Origin: Bugula neritina
Lineage: Eukaryota; Animalia; Bryozoa
Assembly (NCBI GenBank): GCA_964035545.1
Contig: OZ037768.1
Location: forward strand, 9,084,741-9,148,740
DNA: 64,000 nucleotides
Direction of reading: 5' to 3'
A program made the translations under genes and the position numbers. Below the pieces are notes generated by a model, which saw only the letters and a list, made by a program, of their open reading frames with translations, was not told the origin of the DNA and did no database searches. Below are positions 22,816 through 37,080 of the stretch, one piece after another (the stretch's first letter is position 1; each line of letters opens with the position of its first letter).

Positions 22816-24155
22816 ATTAATTCATTGCAGCTTGTTTACATAATTATAAACATTTATAGCAGTACTACTATCACTATCGCCATCATTACGACTCTGCGAG
22901 TATTGAATCATGAATGAATGTAAAAATCACATTGCGATTGTCATTGTGTTGAATCACTAGGAAGCAGGTTTACGGGTGGAGGAAAAGATAGCTCCCGCTT
23001 ATATTTTAGTTCTGAAAACACAGTGTTGTGTGAAATCAACGATTATATTAAATCTGCAAACGGCAGACTATGGGCTGATCCGCCCAGCGTGAACTTTCGC
23101 TTTCACCAGGCTGGTAAATCCTCTATAAATCTAGATAATTACAATCACAATGATTTTAAATATGATTATATTAATTTATCATTTTTCAATAAGGTGTAAA
23201 AGAAAGCCAGTGTAAAAAAAATTGTTACTAGTTTTTAACTTAGGTTTAATTGATATGTTTGTAATAAATGCTATTTTTCAACAATATTTTCACCTTTTCG
23301 TTCTCATTCTCATTCTGATGAAACTCAAACCCAAACTGAATAAATATCATTATGATTATGAGTATGATTATCAATATCAATTTCAATATAATTTTTAATG
23401 TAATTATAAAATAAAAATTTAATAATAGTAATATAGGATTAATATGATAATGGTATAACACTTGACATACTTACTTGACTTACTTGAAGATGCAATCACG
23501 TTAGACTACTAAATTAGTCATTTAGTGTAAGCGACGTGCCTCGTTTGGTGAACAGAATTATTAACTGTAGTTAATACTTTTATCACATAGGTGCAGTTCT
23601 GTTTTAGGACTTTGGTGTCAGTACAGAGCCTTATTTATAATAACTAAATAAGCCATAAGGCATAAGGATTATTATCATTATGAAATTATATTCAACTCAC
23701 ATTGATATTTCTATAAGCATAGCCATAGCCCATAGTATTAGTACGGGCCATAGGGTTAAGCTGTAGGCTATTGTGTTATTTTATTTTATAATAGTTACTC
23801 AAACTGTAATACTCATACTGATACCGATACTGATTCTGTAATTGAGTATTGAGTTTCACTTTGACTCTGACTCAAAGTGAAAGTTAAGCTAATTGTATCT
23901 TTTTGATTCTATAACAATAATTGTAATAATAATTTATATATTTTTGTCCTTTGATTCAATGATTTGGCTCTGCTTCATACTTTAAGTTTGTATCAGGGTT
24001 GTAGTTATTCATACATGTAATAAATAATAATATGGTCATAATTATCTTACTGTCACAGGATAAATCTTATGCATATCTATATTGATATTGCTAAATTATA
24101 TATATGTGTGAGTGTGTGTGTCTGCATGCGTGCGTACGTGCGTGTGTGCTCGCGA

Positions 24156-24160
<5 letters not shown>

Positions 24161-24248
<88 letters not shown>
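24161..24248. repeat. (TA)n microsatellite
   Basis: About 44 TA units preceded by GT/GCGT repeats. Confidence 0.97.
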
Positions 24249-24252
<4 letters not shown>

Positions 24253-24292
24253 ATAATATTTTCAGGCCGTCAGAACACAATTGGCTTATAGA

Positions 24293-27200
24293 ATGGATCC
24301 TTTGTTTACTGCTGTTGTCACTGGTGCTAACAGGTATAGATGCAGCCTATCAAAGTTTCTTATATTTTAGCATCAGTGCTGGTTGTCCTTTTTACATCTA
24401 TATATTTTGCACAATTATAAGTTTGTAGAACTACTATAAATATTGGAAATAGGTTTTGATTTTGCTAGATTTTACATACTTTTATGCTTTATGTTTTAAG
24501 TGGTGTGGGCCTTGCATTATGTGAGCGTCTACTGACACAGTACCCCAAGTTGAAGCTTTGCATGGTCTGCAGAAACAAACAGAAAGGAGAAAGTGCAAAA
24601 AATGCGCTTCTAATTGTTCATCCAGGTAATTTACAATTACACTAAGTCTTAATTTCTCCCACATTTGGTAGACAGAAATGACTTTGGTTGGTTACAACTC
24701 TTGTAAAAACTCAATATCGAGTTTTCTCTCAGACACACTTTGTCGTAACGTCGACTATAACGGCAAATGTCAGCCATTTTTAAATATGTCCGAGCTGACA
24801 GTATGACGTTACGGTATGTCAGGATCAAACACTGCTTGATTCATAAAATTTATGTCTGGCTCCTATTGGACAGGGAGACGTTTGCGTCAACTCATTGGAT
24901 GTAAATGTCTAATAAGATGTCATAGATCTTACCCAATAGCGGACTTTGAGCAGTTCGGCCCAGGCCTTTTTAAAAATGGTCAAAATTTGACATTGCAGTC
25001 GACGTTACGGCAATGTGTGAATCCGCCCATAGAGTTTTTCTCTTATTTTATGTATATGTTGCAATGTAGTTTTGTTTTTTCCAATTAGTATTTATTTACT
25101 AGTTTTTAGAGTATGCACTTTTTCAGATGCAGCTATCAGTTTAGTTATTGGCGATGTTAGCAGCATTGTTTCTGTCAAGCAGTTCACTCAAGAAATTAAG
25201 CAACAGTAAGTAATTCTCGCAAAAGTTTAGGTTGATTGCAGAAATGGCTTCTCTCTGGCAATAATTGGTCTTTTGCTATCAGTCTATTTTAATCATGTCT
25301 TACAAATGAGGAATGAAAACTAATTTTATTTTTTATTATCAGATTTTAGCTGTGTTTTTGAACGTCTTAGTAATTTATGTCTACTCAAGAGCAGAAATCA
25401 TTTCTGGAGCTTATATTTATATATAATATAACTATAATTTATATATTTATAAATGTACTTGTACATTATTATTAACAGAAAATTTAACATGCCTGTCTTA
25501 TGAACTCAAATTTCTCACTGTTGCTTTCTTATGGCTAATTTTAGGTTTAGTCACATCAATTTTCTGTTTTTAAATGCTGGAATCATGGCTAACCCAAAAG
25601 TGAAGTTTGAAACTGTAATATCAACATTATTTCAACCAAGGTTTGTCTATTTAAGCTTGTTATGTGTCCAATGTTTTTTTCCCAGTTATCTTATTATTGC
25701 TGTGATGTCATACGTGGTTATTTTCTGGTAGGTTGTATACATATAAGGAAGACAAAGTTTCATTTATGTTCAGTAGCTTTTAGAGTAGTTTCTAGAGTAG
25801 TATGAAGTAGTTCATTCAGTCAGGTCATCTATCTTGAAATAAACAGGCTCAAGAACACGGCAGTAACAGGCTCGAAATAGATAATCAGTCAATCAATATA
25901 ATTGTTTGTTTAATACTGAATCAGTATTTGTTACTGAACTTGCATCATTTAAAAATATATAAAATAGACCATGTTATTTAAAAAATCATACATGCATGCA
26001 TATTTCAATAATCATTAATTAACTAATATTTGAAATAATTATGTATAATATTAAGAATAATGAAGATAGATAACTGAGGCCTACAATATGTGTTCTTCTG
26101 AGATCACCCCAACAACTATGCGCTACGTACCTTGTTCTTATTTTTAATAAGAAACAAATTATAAAATAAGCATCAATGTCTTCCTAGCAATTCAACTTAG
26201 TTGCTTTTCAAAACCCATTATTAATTGTGCAAAAAGTGGTCAAATTCTTCAAATACACTTATTAGGGGCTCTAGTGCAGCTAAAGTCAGCCTAGAAACAA
26301 ACTTGAGGAGTTGCTTCCTCATAGTATGATATTTGAATCTATGAACAATTATTTTAAGTATTAGCAGTTAGTAAACAACATATTTTGTAGCAAATTAGTG
26401 CATAGATTTAGCACGGGGGCAGATTTGTTGGAAATAGCTGATGATACTACTAAAGAAGGATTTAAGATGACATTTGCTACCAACGTCTTCGGCCATTTCT
26501 GTATGGTGAGTCAGAGCTTCCGTAGTTGTTCTTCTGGAACTTTTTTACTTTTCATACCTTTTGTGTCAGTACACATTGATTACCTGCTTATACTACATCA
26601 AAACAAGTTGATCTTGAGAGCACATGTATTTATTGATTGTCTTGAAAATGTAACTTTCATTCTATGGGAAATATGATATGCAAGCAGGGTAATCAGGTGA
26701 AACAGCTTAATAAATATGTACAAATACAACAAACAGTATAATAAATATATCCAATAACTTAGTGTAATAGAATGTGTGTAAGTATAAATATAATAAATGG
26801 ATAAAATGGAGCAGATGTAGTATGTTAGACTTTGGTTGGAGTTAAGCCTGTGTAATCGTACTTAAAAAAATAAAAGTATAAAATAATAATATATGCACAA
26901 TTTATGGCTAATTGACAACACTCTTAGGGGTAAAACTTATGAGTACTTCTTGGAAATATAGCATAACAAAAATATAATGCTCTCCGCATTCAATAAAATA
27001 TAGTATGTATATAATATTATATGTATGTTGAAGCATAGTGGCTGAAAATCTTAGATACAACATTTTTACTTTATATTTGGTATTTGCACAAAAGTTACCA
27101 TCAGTCATATTTCTGTATCAGTTTTAGTTTCCTGTGTTTAGGTAGGATTTGGGTTTTTCTGATGCCATATAAATGTCATTTCTTTTTACTAAATTAATGT

Positions 27201-30200
27201 AGCTGGTCTAAACTTCTCTCCCTCCTGCTGAGATGGCATTTTAATTACTCTGTTATATTGCTGAGAGAAAGCTATAATAATACATTAGTTGCAGTCTATC
27301 TGGGGCATGGGAACGTTACCGCTGAGCGGTGTATCTTCTGTCATCTCACTCACTTGACTTGTTAAAGTCCCCTTCCTGCTAAAACCCTGTTTGTCTTTCA
27401 ATGAGCTACCACTTACTCCACTGTACACGGTTGTGTTGGTGCTGTTAGTGGAATACTGTCTATAAGTGAAACGGAATGGTATGCTGCTGTTCGACGAGCG
27501 GTTTCGTAGCGCTTCTTCAAATCCGTTCATTTTGTTTGAAAACGTACGCCGTTTGAAACGGAGTAGGGACTTCAGGCTTTCTTGGATTTCTCTCATTCGC
27601 AAGGCGTATATTATGGGGTCGCATACGGCATTTAAAATAACCAGAGCATAAAGATACCACATAAGCTTGCTGTGTGTTTTGACTATTCGGAAGTCAGTGG
27701 AGTAATGAACACGCAGAATTGTGTAAGCGTCCATTATGCAACTTGGCAACCATAAAACTGTGAACAATCCAAGTATAATGAAAGAAGTTATCAATCCCCG
27801 AATATGTCGTTGCGCTTTTCGTTGGGAGACGGTAGCATACTCCTGTTTCTGATATGTGCGTAGTATACACATGATGCTGCCATACATTGCTGTCATCACC
27901 ACCAGACATGTCAGTACTATGCAGAACATTAGGTGGTCTGCCTCATACACTGTACAAAAGACCTGCAACAAAAGTGTCAAAACTAACAGCTCCATACTAA
28001 TTCTAAAAAATTCATGAAATTTTAACTGTACAATTTCTTGATTTGCTTTCAATGATGCAGTACAATATAATATAAATTATGCTACAGGAAAAGTTGTGCT
28101 AATTATAACTCAATTCCTACTCATGTCACTACTAATATTGTGTAGTTTCCTGATTAATTATGGATTGTTTCCTTTAATTCTTTACAACTTGGATTTGTTC
28201 TACTCATAAAATCATTGCATTTATTCATCAATATACTTTTTCTATTCATCAATCATAAATTGGTAATAATTACCAATACTTCATTTTTATAAAGTAAATT
28301 AATTTTTAAACTCCAAGTGACAGAGCAATATTCTATAAAGTCTGAACATTATTTTATGATTACTAGTTTCAAAATTATATGTTTGTTTTGGACATACCTT
28401 TTTTTGTGTTAGCTTATAAAACATTCATATTTATATTCTTTATTTATCTAATGCCTTGCTGTCAATATTTGGGTTACGCAAACTAACATAGGTAGACTTT
28501 ATGTGGTGAATGGTTTCTACTTTTCATTTCCTGAAGATGTGTACTTACTCGAGTGCAATAACTTGCTCCTGTTGTGTGGTCCATGCAATGACTATGCAAT
28601 GGTGATGGCATCCAAAAATCAGAAAACCCAAATATTACAGCTAGAATCCAAAATGTCACCAGTATGGCTTGAACTCTGCTCTTAGACATATACAGATTAT
28701 GCGTCAGAGGCTTTGCTATGGCACAGTAATGATCTACGGCCAGGCTCAGTAGGTTGAAAAGCGTAGCATTATGGCCAGAGAGAGTGATCGCCTGCGTAAT
28801 AAACAGCAACTGTACAGGATTTATCTGCATTCATTAGCTCAAATAAACTTTCAATTTTTACCATGGTGTTTTTAAGTATTAATAAATATAATAGAAAATA
28901 ACATGCCACCAGTGAATGTTAAACCCATGCTATCTTCTATATTTTACAATAGCATAACCCTCAAATTAGGTAGTATGTAGGTTCCTAGACTAACTAACAG
29001 TGGTTCAATAATCATTTTATAAAGTAGCTGTTGTGCTGTAGGTTACTAAATATAATAAAATCATCGATAAACTATTACATATTGACTGGAAATAATTTTC
29101 CTAAATGGGTCAAGTTCTTCAAATTTACTTAAAAGATAATTATATTATACCTATACTACTAGCAACCCATACTAGTATTGACTAGCTACAAATTTTATTT
29201 TGCTAAATATCTCTTATGCTGTGCATGTCATTTAAACATGCTCACATTTAGTTGTAAGGTTTAGGTCACAGGGAAATTGAAAGCATATAAAAATCCCAAA
29301 ATCTATTTCTTTTGAGTGGCAGAGCTCATACAATTTAAGTTTCATGTGTTCAACACTTGTTTGCCAAGATGATTTTCTAAATCTTCTACAGCTAGGTAGG
29401 AATATTTTTTGAAGACATTTTCAAATTTAATAGTGGCAGCTTTGAAGTGAATTTGAAAACTTAGTATAATTGAACATTTTGTAGTTTTCAGTATTGAACA
29501 GCATCAGTTATGTAGCTTACCATCACAACTTTGTAGAGGCATGTGGCTGCATACTTTTTCTCTTCAGCTACTAAATGCATGTTGAAGGAGTGATCTATAA
29601 CGGATCTCATAAATATACCAACAGAAGAAAGCAGGTCTGCACAGCACAAACTTAACATCATCATTTGATTGGCTGAGAGTCGGCGTCTTATATAGCAAAT
29701 GGCGGTCAGTGTCAGTCCGTTTGTCACGAATGCCAATACACTCAACACAAATATCAAAATATGTCTGCCATCCATTCTAAATCCATATTCCCTAAAAAGA
29801 ACATGAAACATTACTAAAGAAATCATTTTTGTTTGTAAAATATTTTCTTGCCAAGAAAAACTTGTTTAGCCTTCATAATATTCAAATGAGTGGGTTTAAA
29901 TCTTTAGTGTTGAAATAACAAAATAATGTGATGAATTTCATTTAGCATGTGCACATTGACAGGTCTTATATAATTATAATTGTTTTTATGTTAAATGTAT
30001 CGAAAGTTATCTATCTTCAAGCTAATCTTTTTCTTAAAAAGTCAACCCAGTACAAACAAAAGTGTTCTTTTTAGTTTTTATTTTCTTGCAAGCTTTTATG
30101 AAATTTCATGCATTCCACACTATTAATGGGTTTTTTGCAATCAGACATTGCTCTATCATTTCACAGTTGGTATTCAAATAATGTAAACTTCAGCATGCCC

Positions 30201-33200
30201 ACCCTGTTCTATCAAGTATCTCCTGTAGCCGTGAATCTGATAAGTTCAGCTCTTCTCTACTTGCATTTGACATTTCATACTCTCTCATTCGCTTCTCCAG
30301 TTCTTCCTCATCAAACTCAAACATCTTGCTTGCTCCCAGTCAAGTTTCTTCAGTAGGTTCAACTGGTCCGATGAAAAACTTGTATTCATCTGCCGTATGG
30401 AAATATTTTTGAAGAGTTTTCAGTAAAACTTGTGTAGCAACTTCTTGCTCTTTATAGAAGAAAATGTCATTTGAGAAAAGCACACTAGAAGGTCTAACTT
30501 AATTATGATGCATAATATTATTGATGGAAAGTCAGTTAACATTATCCTGATACTAACTCAAGCTGACTTACTTTTGTATGTAGCCAATCAGGTGTCTCCT
30601 ATATTCTATACAAATCAGATTACCCTTTGCATCCTTCTCAACCAACTGCATTCTATTCTAGTCAATGCTCTCAGATCTGTACCATAACAAACATTTAACA
30701 GTACGGTATATTTATAAACATGCAATGCAACTGTATTATATATTCTTTTCGAACAGAGATATTGTTATAGCATACATAATTATAAAACACATTATATCAA
30801 CATAACACGCTATAGTACATAACAGTGTCAATGCAGCATCACCAACCCTTCTGTTTCTAACATAGAGTCCATGTCTGTTTAAAATCCCTAGTAATGAGGA
30901 TTTAAGGGGCTGAGGCCTCCGTTGAAGGTTTCTACCTGTAACAGAAGAGCTATTATCACCTCATGCCTTTCCTGATATCACCAGGGGCTGTGCTAAGTCT
31001 CGAATTTATCACCTAGCACTTGCTGGCTCATCGCTCTAACCATGGCTTCCCCCTATCTGTTTTAATGTAATAATTGATTATTAAATAATAGTCTATTGTT
31101 CCCCAACTGCAGTTATATTGCTACTTCTCATACTTGTTGGAGGCTTGCTGTAATTTTTTCAGTATACAAACTTTCAAACGGTTTGCATTTCTTTGATACT
31201 AGGAGTTCACAATTCGCTGACATTTCATAGTGTTTTGATTGTTGCTGGAATAGCTAATCGTACATTAGGTGAGAGCCATGAAATATGGGGCATGTTTTAT
31301 GTTGAGGCTCTTAATGATAATGTTGCAGTCTAAGCTATGCTTCAAGAGAATACATGTTTTTATTGACCAACAATAATGATAGCATAGTTTCATTGCACGA
31401 GCATCATTATATTTCTACTAGGCATTATGTTATTACTAGTATATTATTACTACTTTATGTATATTATTGTTGCTTTGCGTATGCAAGCATACTTTTCTGA
31501 TTTAAAACTGCAAAATAACCAAATGATAGATGCAGATGGAGGACTTTAAATGCAATACCATTACAGTTTCTCATTATTTTGTCAGCCAATCTCTTCTGCT
31601 CAAAATACTGTCTAGGTCTGGTGGCTAAACCAAGTACTTAGCATCTGCATTATTTATAATAACTTGAACTTTTGCATATTCTACTGTTATTCATTATGGG
31701 ACAAATAATATACAGTCAGCATCTGTGACACTACATAGGTTTGGTGAACCAAATTCATCCCTATCCCACCATATGCTAAAATGTCTACATGTAGAAATCC
31801 AACTGTGATTGAAAATTGCCACTAGTCAGGTATAATGTATTGAATTTATAATAATTTGCTCTTTTATTGAGCACAGGCTATTTGATTAGGAAATGATATT
31901 ATTGAAAATCTTTAAACCACTCTGGTTACACAGTACAATGTAAATCTTATAAATCAGTCCACTTCTATGAATTATGAGCCAGTGTGTGTATAATATTTGT
32001 GTTTTGTTGCACAGTGTAAGCTAGCTTTATTCTGTTCTTATCACCTCCCAGGCAACTATTTATTGTAAGTCATTCCAGACTTACAGTTTAGACACCAACT
32101 GATTCTTGCTGTACAGACATAGTATTGCTATTTACGGACATAGTATTGTTATGCCGTCACATTTTTATATTATTTACAAGATTTGTCTATGTATGTAACA
32201 TGATTTATGCAAACTTAGAAAGATTGTATGCATGGCGCTCATTCATATCATAATTTTAGGACCACATAATTTTTTCATTTACAATATGGCTGCATCATAC
32301 TAGTTTTCGACAACTGACCATGTGTGAATATTTTTTTCAACTTTTGAAAGCTTCGTTTTTGATTGAAGGTATAAGTTGAGTGATATTGCATAACATCTCA
32401 TTTTAATTAAACTACAATTCCAGAATTTTTGCATGTAATTTTGTAATACAAGTAATATTCAAAAATTCGAATAGTTTTTAGACTAAATATTGCTTGTAGT
32501 TTTGTAATTTGTGTTAAGTGAGCCTATCACTTTTGCTTTCTCTCAGCATAATGAAAATTTCAAGTTATAAAAGCATTTAGTTCAATAACATACTCTATAT
32601 ATTATATAGGAAAAGTCTATAGGTATATCTCATGCTACATCATCAGATATAGTCATAACACTTTGTACCACCTGTTGGTGTATTGCAGGTAAAGGAGTTG
32701 GATGATGTATTAGGGGGAGAAGAACCTTCTAGAATAGTATGGACTTCATCAAGGACGTCGAGCAGAGAAGTTTTTTCTGTAGCAGATATTCAGCACACTT
32801 CAGGGTATTATTTCATCACTACAATGTTACTAGCATTGATATTCTGCTGTAAACTCTTTATGCTGATCATCATAGCAAATTTTATAACAGGTGTTAGTAA
32901 TTTCGCAGGTTGTGTTCTTGTCCACATTTTATTTTGATAAACACAAAAGGACTGTTATAGGATGTTTAGTATGGTTATATACAGTTTATATCTTTTCAAT
33001 ATCATAAACATGGCTGTTATTTTCTGATATCTAAAGATATGATTTACACAGACTTTATACCATCATACAATCAATTATCATTTCATAATTTTTAGAATGA
33101 CATTTTTTTAAATTTTGAGATGAATTATAACCATGAGAAGTGACAGTTCCGTTAAGTAAAAGCTCTGTGTCTTGCTGTTTTATTGCTAATAATAATGTTT

Positions 33201-36200
33201 GTGATGTTGTAGGCGAGATCCATATGCATCTTCCAAATATTTGATAGATTCTCTATCAGTGGTTATGAATGATAAGCTAAGAGCTAAGGTATGCATAGTA
33301 ACTATTGCGCAGTGTATTATACATTAGTTAATTATTATCATTTAATGGTAGAGTGTTTCTTAATGGAAAATATTATATTTTATCAGAATATAACGACCAA
33401 CACAACCTGTCCTGGGCTAACTCAATCTGGCATATCTCTAGGAATTCTTCCATGGTGGTTTTGGTACCTAATATTGCCAATTATTAAACTGGTAAAGTAT
33501 TGATACTTTATAGCTGATGTTACTATAATATATGGTCCACAATGTTACAAGATCGCAGAACTAATTGACTGCAGTAAACAAACTCAAGTCTACTCCAAGT
33601 CATGCAATGATTTTGTCAATAATAAACAAAAAAGTTCATTAATTCAAGATTGTTCATGTATGACTAGAAGTATCAAAATTAAACATTGTTATTTTAATAT
33701 TTTAAGTTTTGCAGTTAATTGAAATGAAAATCAAGCGAGAAAAGCGTTTCCTGATCAATAGTGGAGAAGTATTTTGTGACAGCAATTAGGGTATTGAGTG
33801 TAGCATTATTTACATAAATGCTTTATATAAATAATAGTTACTTAATGAACACAGCTTGCTTTACTGGTCATGTGTGTTTTTGCCTGGTTTTAAATCCTTT
33901 TGCATTTAAAGAAGAAATAAAGTTGACTTAAGCATTCACAGGTTCAATAAATTAGCAAACTTGAGTCAGTTTTTATGTCAAAGATTTTGCAATGGTCTAG
34001 TAAGCGAATGCTATATAATTTACACTATGGTTTGGTTTTTAGTGCAACGTACTATATTTCATTAGAAAAAATATTAAATCTTTACTTATCACCTAGGTGT
34101 GTAGCAAATGCATGCAGTTGTATGTACATATGTGACATGTCTTTGTAATATCTATTACTATGTTTTAGTTGAGACTATTTGTTCCTTCATTCACATGGGA
34201 GCCATACAATGGTGCTGAAGCTCTGGTTCGTTATAAAATTTTCTGTATAAACTCTGTAAATAATTATTATTATAAGTTGACAATTAAAGTTATGGTTTAT
34301 CATTCATTGCAGCATTTAACAGGACTTTTCTGCAGCTGTAGCGCTTTGTTAAATTATTATGTAATTATATATATATTTGACACAAGGGTGTAATAAGAAA
34401 TATAGACTGTTCTAGGTGTTAGGCTCTAAGACAGCAGTTAAATTATTGATTTGAAATATTGACTCTACTTTTCTTACAAAAATTAATATAAGCGTTAAAA
34501 GTGTTATCACTTTATAATAAAGGTAGGGGTTGTATCCACTTGTAGCATCTATCTCATCATACCTTATATTTATATATTAATATCATTATCTGTGTGTATA
34601 TTAGGTTTATATATGAATAGCAGTATTCATGTTGAAATTATTTGTCGACTGAGCCACTACAGCTGCAGCTGAAAGTGTGGACTTGCAGACGTTCTCCGCC
34701 ACTTCCTGCAAAGTGCTCTTATCATATTATTATGTCAGCTGGTGTATAAATAAATTCAATATGCTGCTTCTCACCCAAAACTCTGTAGATTACGTGGCTT
34801 ATCTCATTCTACACTTTAGATATGGCTGACAACACAGAAACCCTCAGCTTTAGATCCTCTGTGTAAATATTATTCTATGTGCACAGTGTTGGGTAGAGCT
34901 TACACTTCCACTGCTAAGGTATATTTTAAGACTCAGTATTTATCTTGAAAAATGAGAAAATGTATTTTGAAAAATAAATTCTAACAAAGATAATCTGAAA
35001 AAAATATATTCAAAACTGTTTTAATTATTTTTATCCTGCTCAGTTGCTATTTGAGTAATTTCAGCAAGTTTATATCAAACTTTCTCTAGAAGTTGAGGAT
35101 GTGAATTTTTTGTGCTTTTGAATTTTTCAAACAATTGGATTGCTTTAGCTGTTCCCCAGAATATGACATCAGACTATTCTATTCTATTATGTTGAAAAGT
35201 TATATAGATTATTTATTTGCATCGTTCTTTTATGACACACCAAATTAATGGTTTAAATATTGCAACTTTAAAGTTTTCTGCTGTTGATGATGTTATCAGT
35301 TCACCATGTAAAACTAATTTCACAATATTAAAAATGATGATTTTTCACACGACTATGCTTGGCTCCATCTGTATGTGTGAGAAACTGTGTAGCTGGAAGG
35401 CCTGGTTTTTGTTCTCATGAGTTAAACATGGCATAACATAAGTCATCAGAATTCAGCATCTGCTGCTATCATCTCCACATGTTAATACTCAACAAGGCAT
35501 TACAACTGTCTTTATCGAAATACTTAATAGCCTAAACTATGGGTTATAATTATTCACCAGATGTTTATTTAATTCTGCATGACTTTTTATGAAGTCAACC
35601 ATAGTTTTGGTTTTGTGTTTAAGGTGGTCATGATGTCTACTTATTTGTTTTAATAATATTATTATAACCTTTCGAAAGAGTGCACAACTTGCAATAGTAT
35701 GCATACTATTGCAAGTTGTGCACTCTTTCGAATGCTTACAAAAGTATGTGCTAATATTTTGAAAAAACTTTCAAGTAGCATATTTAAAAAAAATATGTTT
35801 TCCCAAATTTGTATTTGCTACACATTGTTGCTGGCAAGTTTAGTAGCTTGAACTCCAGTAATTAGGGGATCTCATGTTTAACTTTGCTGTTGTATGCAAT
35901 CAAATTTTATATTGCGCTGCAAGTAACTGTGCTTCAACAGCTACAAGTTGCTTAAATATTTTAAATAAAAGTTTAGATACATGTGCATACTGAATACCCA
36001 CTTTCATATTTTACTGGGAGGAAATATATGATAATTTATAATTTCATGCAAAACCAGCTCTTTCTAACGCAATGCTATATGTTGATTTGTGTTTATTTTA
36101 CTGTTTATTTATTTCAGTGGAAAGTTAGCCACGTTCTTATCTAAAACTGGAAATTTCTTTTTTACTTGCCGTTTTAAATTCTACTAAAACCTGGTAAAAG

Positions 36201-36393
36201 AGTTGTAGAATGCTGAAAACATTCAATTTTTGTTGTTTTTTCTGTTCTCTAGATGTTCTCTACAAAGCTAGTATCATTAATATATAACTGTTGTATAATT
36301 TAGATTGATGTGGACATGGTGGAAGCAGAAAATTGTTACCAGCAACTAGAAGAATTGCTAAGAAATTTCAAACCAGTTCCTGATGTTAGCTAG
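24293..36393 (+). CDS. HSD17B7: 3-keto-steroid reductase / 17-beta-hydroxysteroid dehydrogenase 7 (SDR family)
   Basis: Exons 24293-24333, 24501-24625, 25127-25205, 25545-25640, 26391-26505, 32689-32804, 33213-33288, 33387-33491, 34169-34225, 34820-34918 and 36304-36393. Motifs [48 protein letters not shown] (YxxxK), CPG and PYNGAEAL. Confidence 0.93.
24704..25039. mobile_element. MITE-like element with long imperfect terminal inverted repeats
   Basis: Left CACACTTTGTCGTAACGTCGACTATAACGGCAAATGTCAGCCATTTTTAAA versus the reverse complement of the right end CACACATTGCCGTAACGTCGACTGCAATGTCAAATTTTGACCATTTTTAAA. Outer ends AAAAACTC...GAGTTTTT. Confidence 0.75.
27285..30324 (-). CDS. Class A (rhodopsin-like) orphan GPCR nested in an HSD17B7 intron
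   Basis: Exons 30324-30203, 29791-29521, 28791-28549 and 27962-27285 join in frame. TM1 TNG, TM2 [10 protein letters not shown]3 [10 protein letters not shown]4 W, TM6 LWLP, TM7 NAVCDPIIY. Confidence 0.9.
30900..31050 (-). mobile_element. tRNA-derived SINE remnant
   Basis: The minus strand reads TGGTTAGAGCG (A-box-like) ... AATTCGAGA (B-box-like) ... GGTGATATCAGGAAAGGCAT..GTGATAATAGCTC, similar to 328-364. Confidence 0.45.
35671..35732. repeat. Perfect 62-bp palindrome without spacer
   Basis: TTCGAAAGAGTGCACAACTTGCAATAGTATG|CATACTATTGCAAGTTGTGCACTCTTTCGAA. Confidence 0.95.
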
Positions 36394-37080
36394 GCAGGCT
36401 CTTAGCCAGATGTTTGATAGTTTGGAGATTTCAAAAACTTTTGTTAGTGATAAAGTGATAGTGATAAATAGGAAATCTTATATATAAACCTTTTTTGCAT
36501 GTATATGATAGAATCACTGTATTGTGTTAAGTTATCAAGCTTACTACTTTAAATCTAGGGACATGGTGTTATAAAATTTTCACATATGTTTTCAGTGTTT
36601 CTACAACTTTTCTTGGCCTTGTCTTTCATGTACAAATATTGTTGCAGTTGTGTTACAGTTTCTCTACTGGATTTTTTATATATAATACAGCATGTTAATA
36701 TATGATCATAGCATGTCATGTTATATGGTTAACATTATCACAAGTAGTTCAAGCAACAGTTTATAGATTACTGTTTAAATCTATACTGACTTGAAGTCAT
36801 GTTGGCTCCAGTATTCTTCAACTCCTGTTGCCTTGCTATATTTATTCACTTTGCTTGCTTTACTAATTTATCTTGACATTGCCTGTTTCAAATTTTGTAA
36901 CAAATTATTGAAAGTCAGATAGTCAAAATCTGGATTCCTTTAATTTTTGAAATTTTTAGAGTGATTTCAAGCTTGCTATATGTCTTAATTATATATTATT
37001 AGATTTTTAATTGAAATTATAGAAAATAAATTGAATACTAAACAATTTAGTGGCTTGGTGTTTATTTTTATTATTACATT

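Noticed and set aside
23060-23115. Hammerhead ribozyme or U5-like loop
   Set aside because: The core CUGANGA/GAAA arrangement and the U5 GCCUUUUAC loop are not matched.
22494-24428. ORFs with IV/NT/YI repeats
   Set aside because: Translations of microsatellite and low-complexity DNA.
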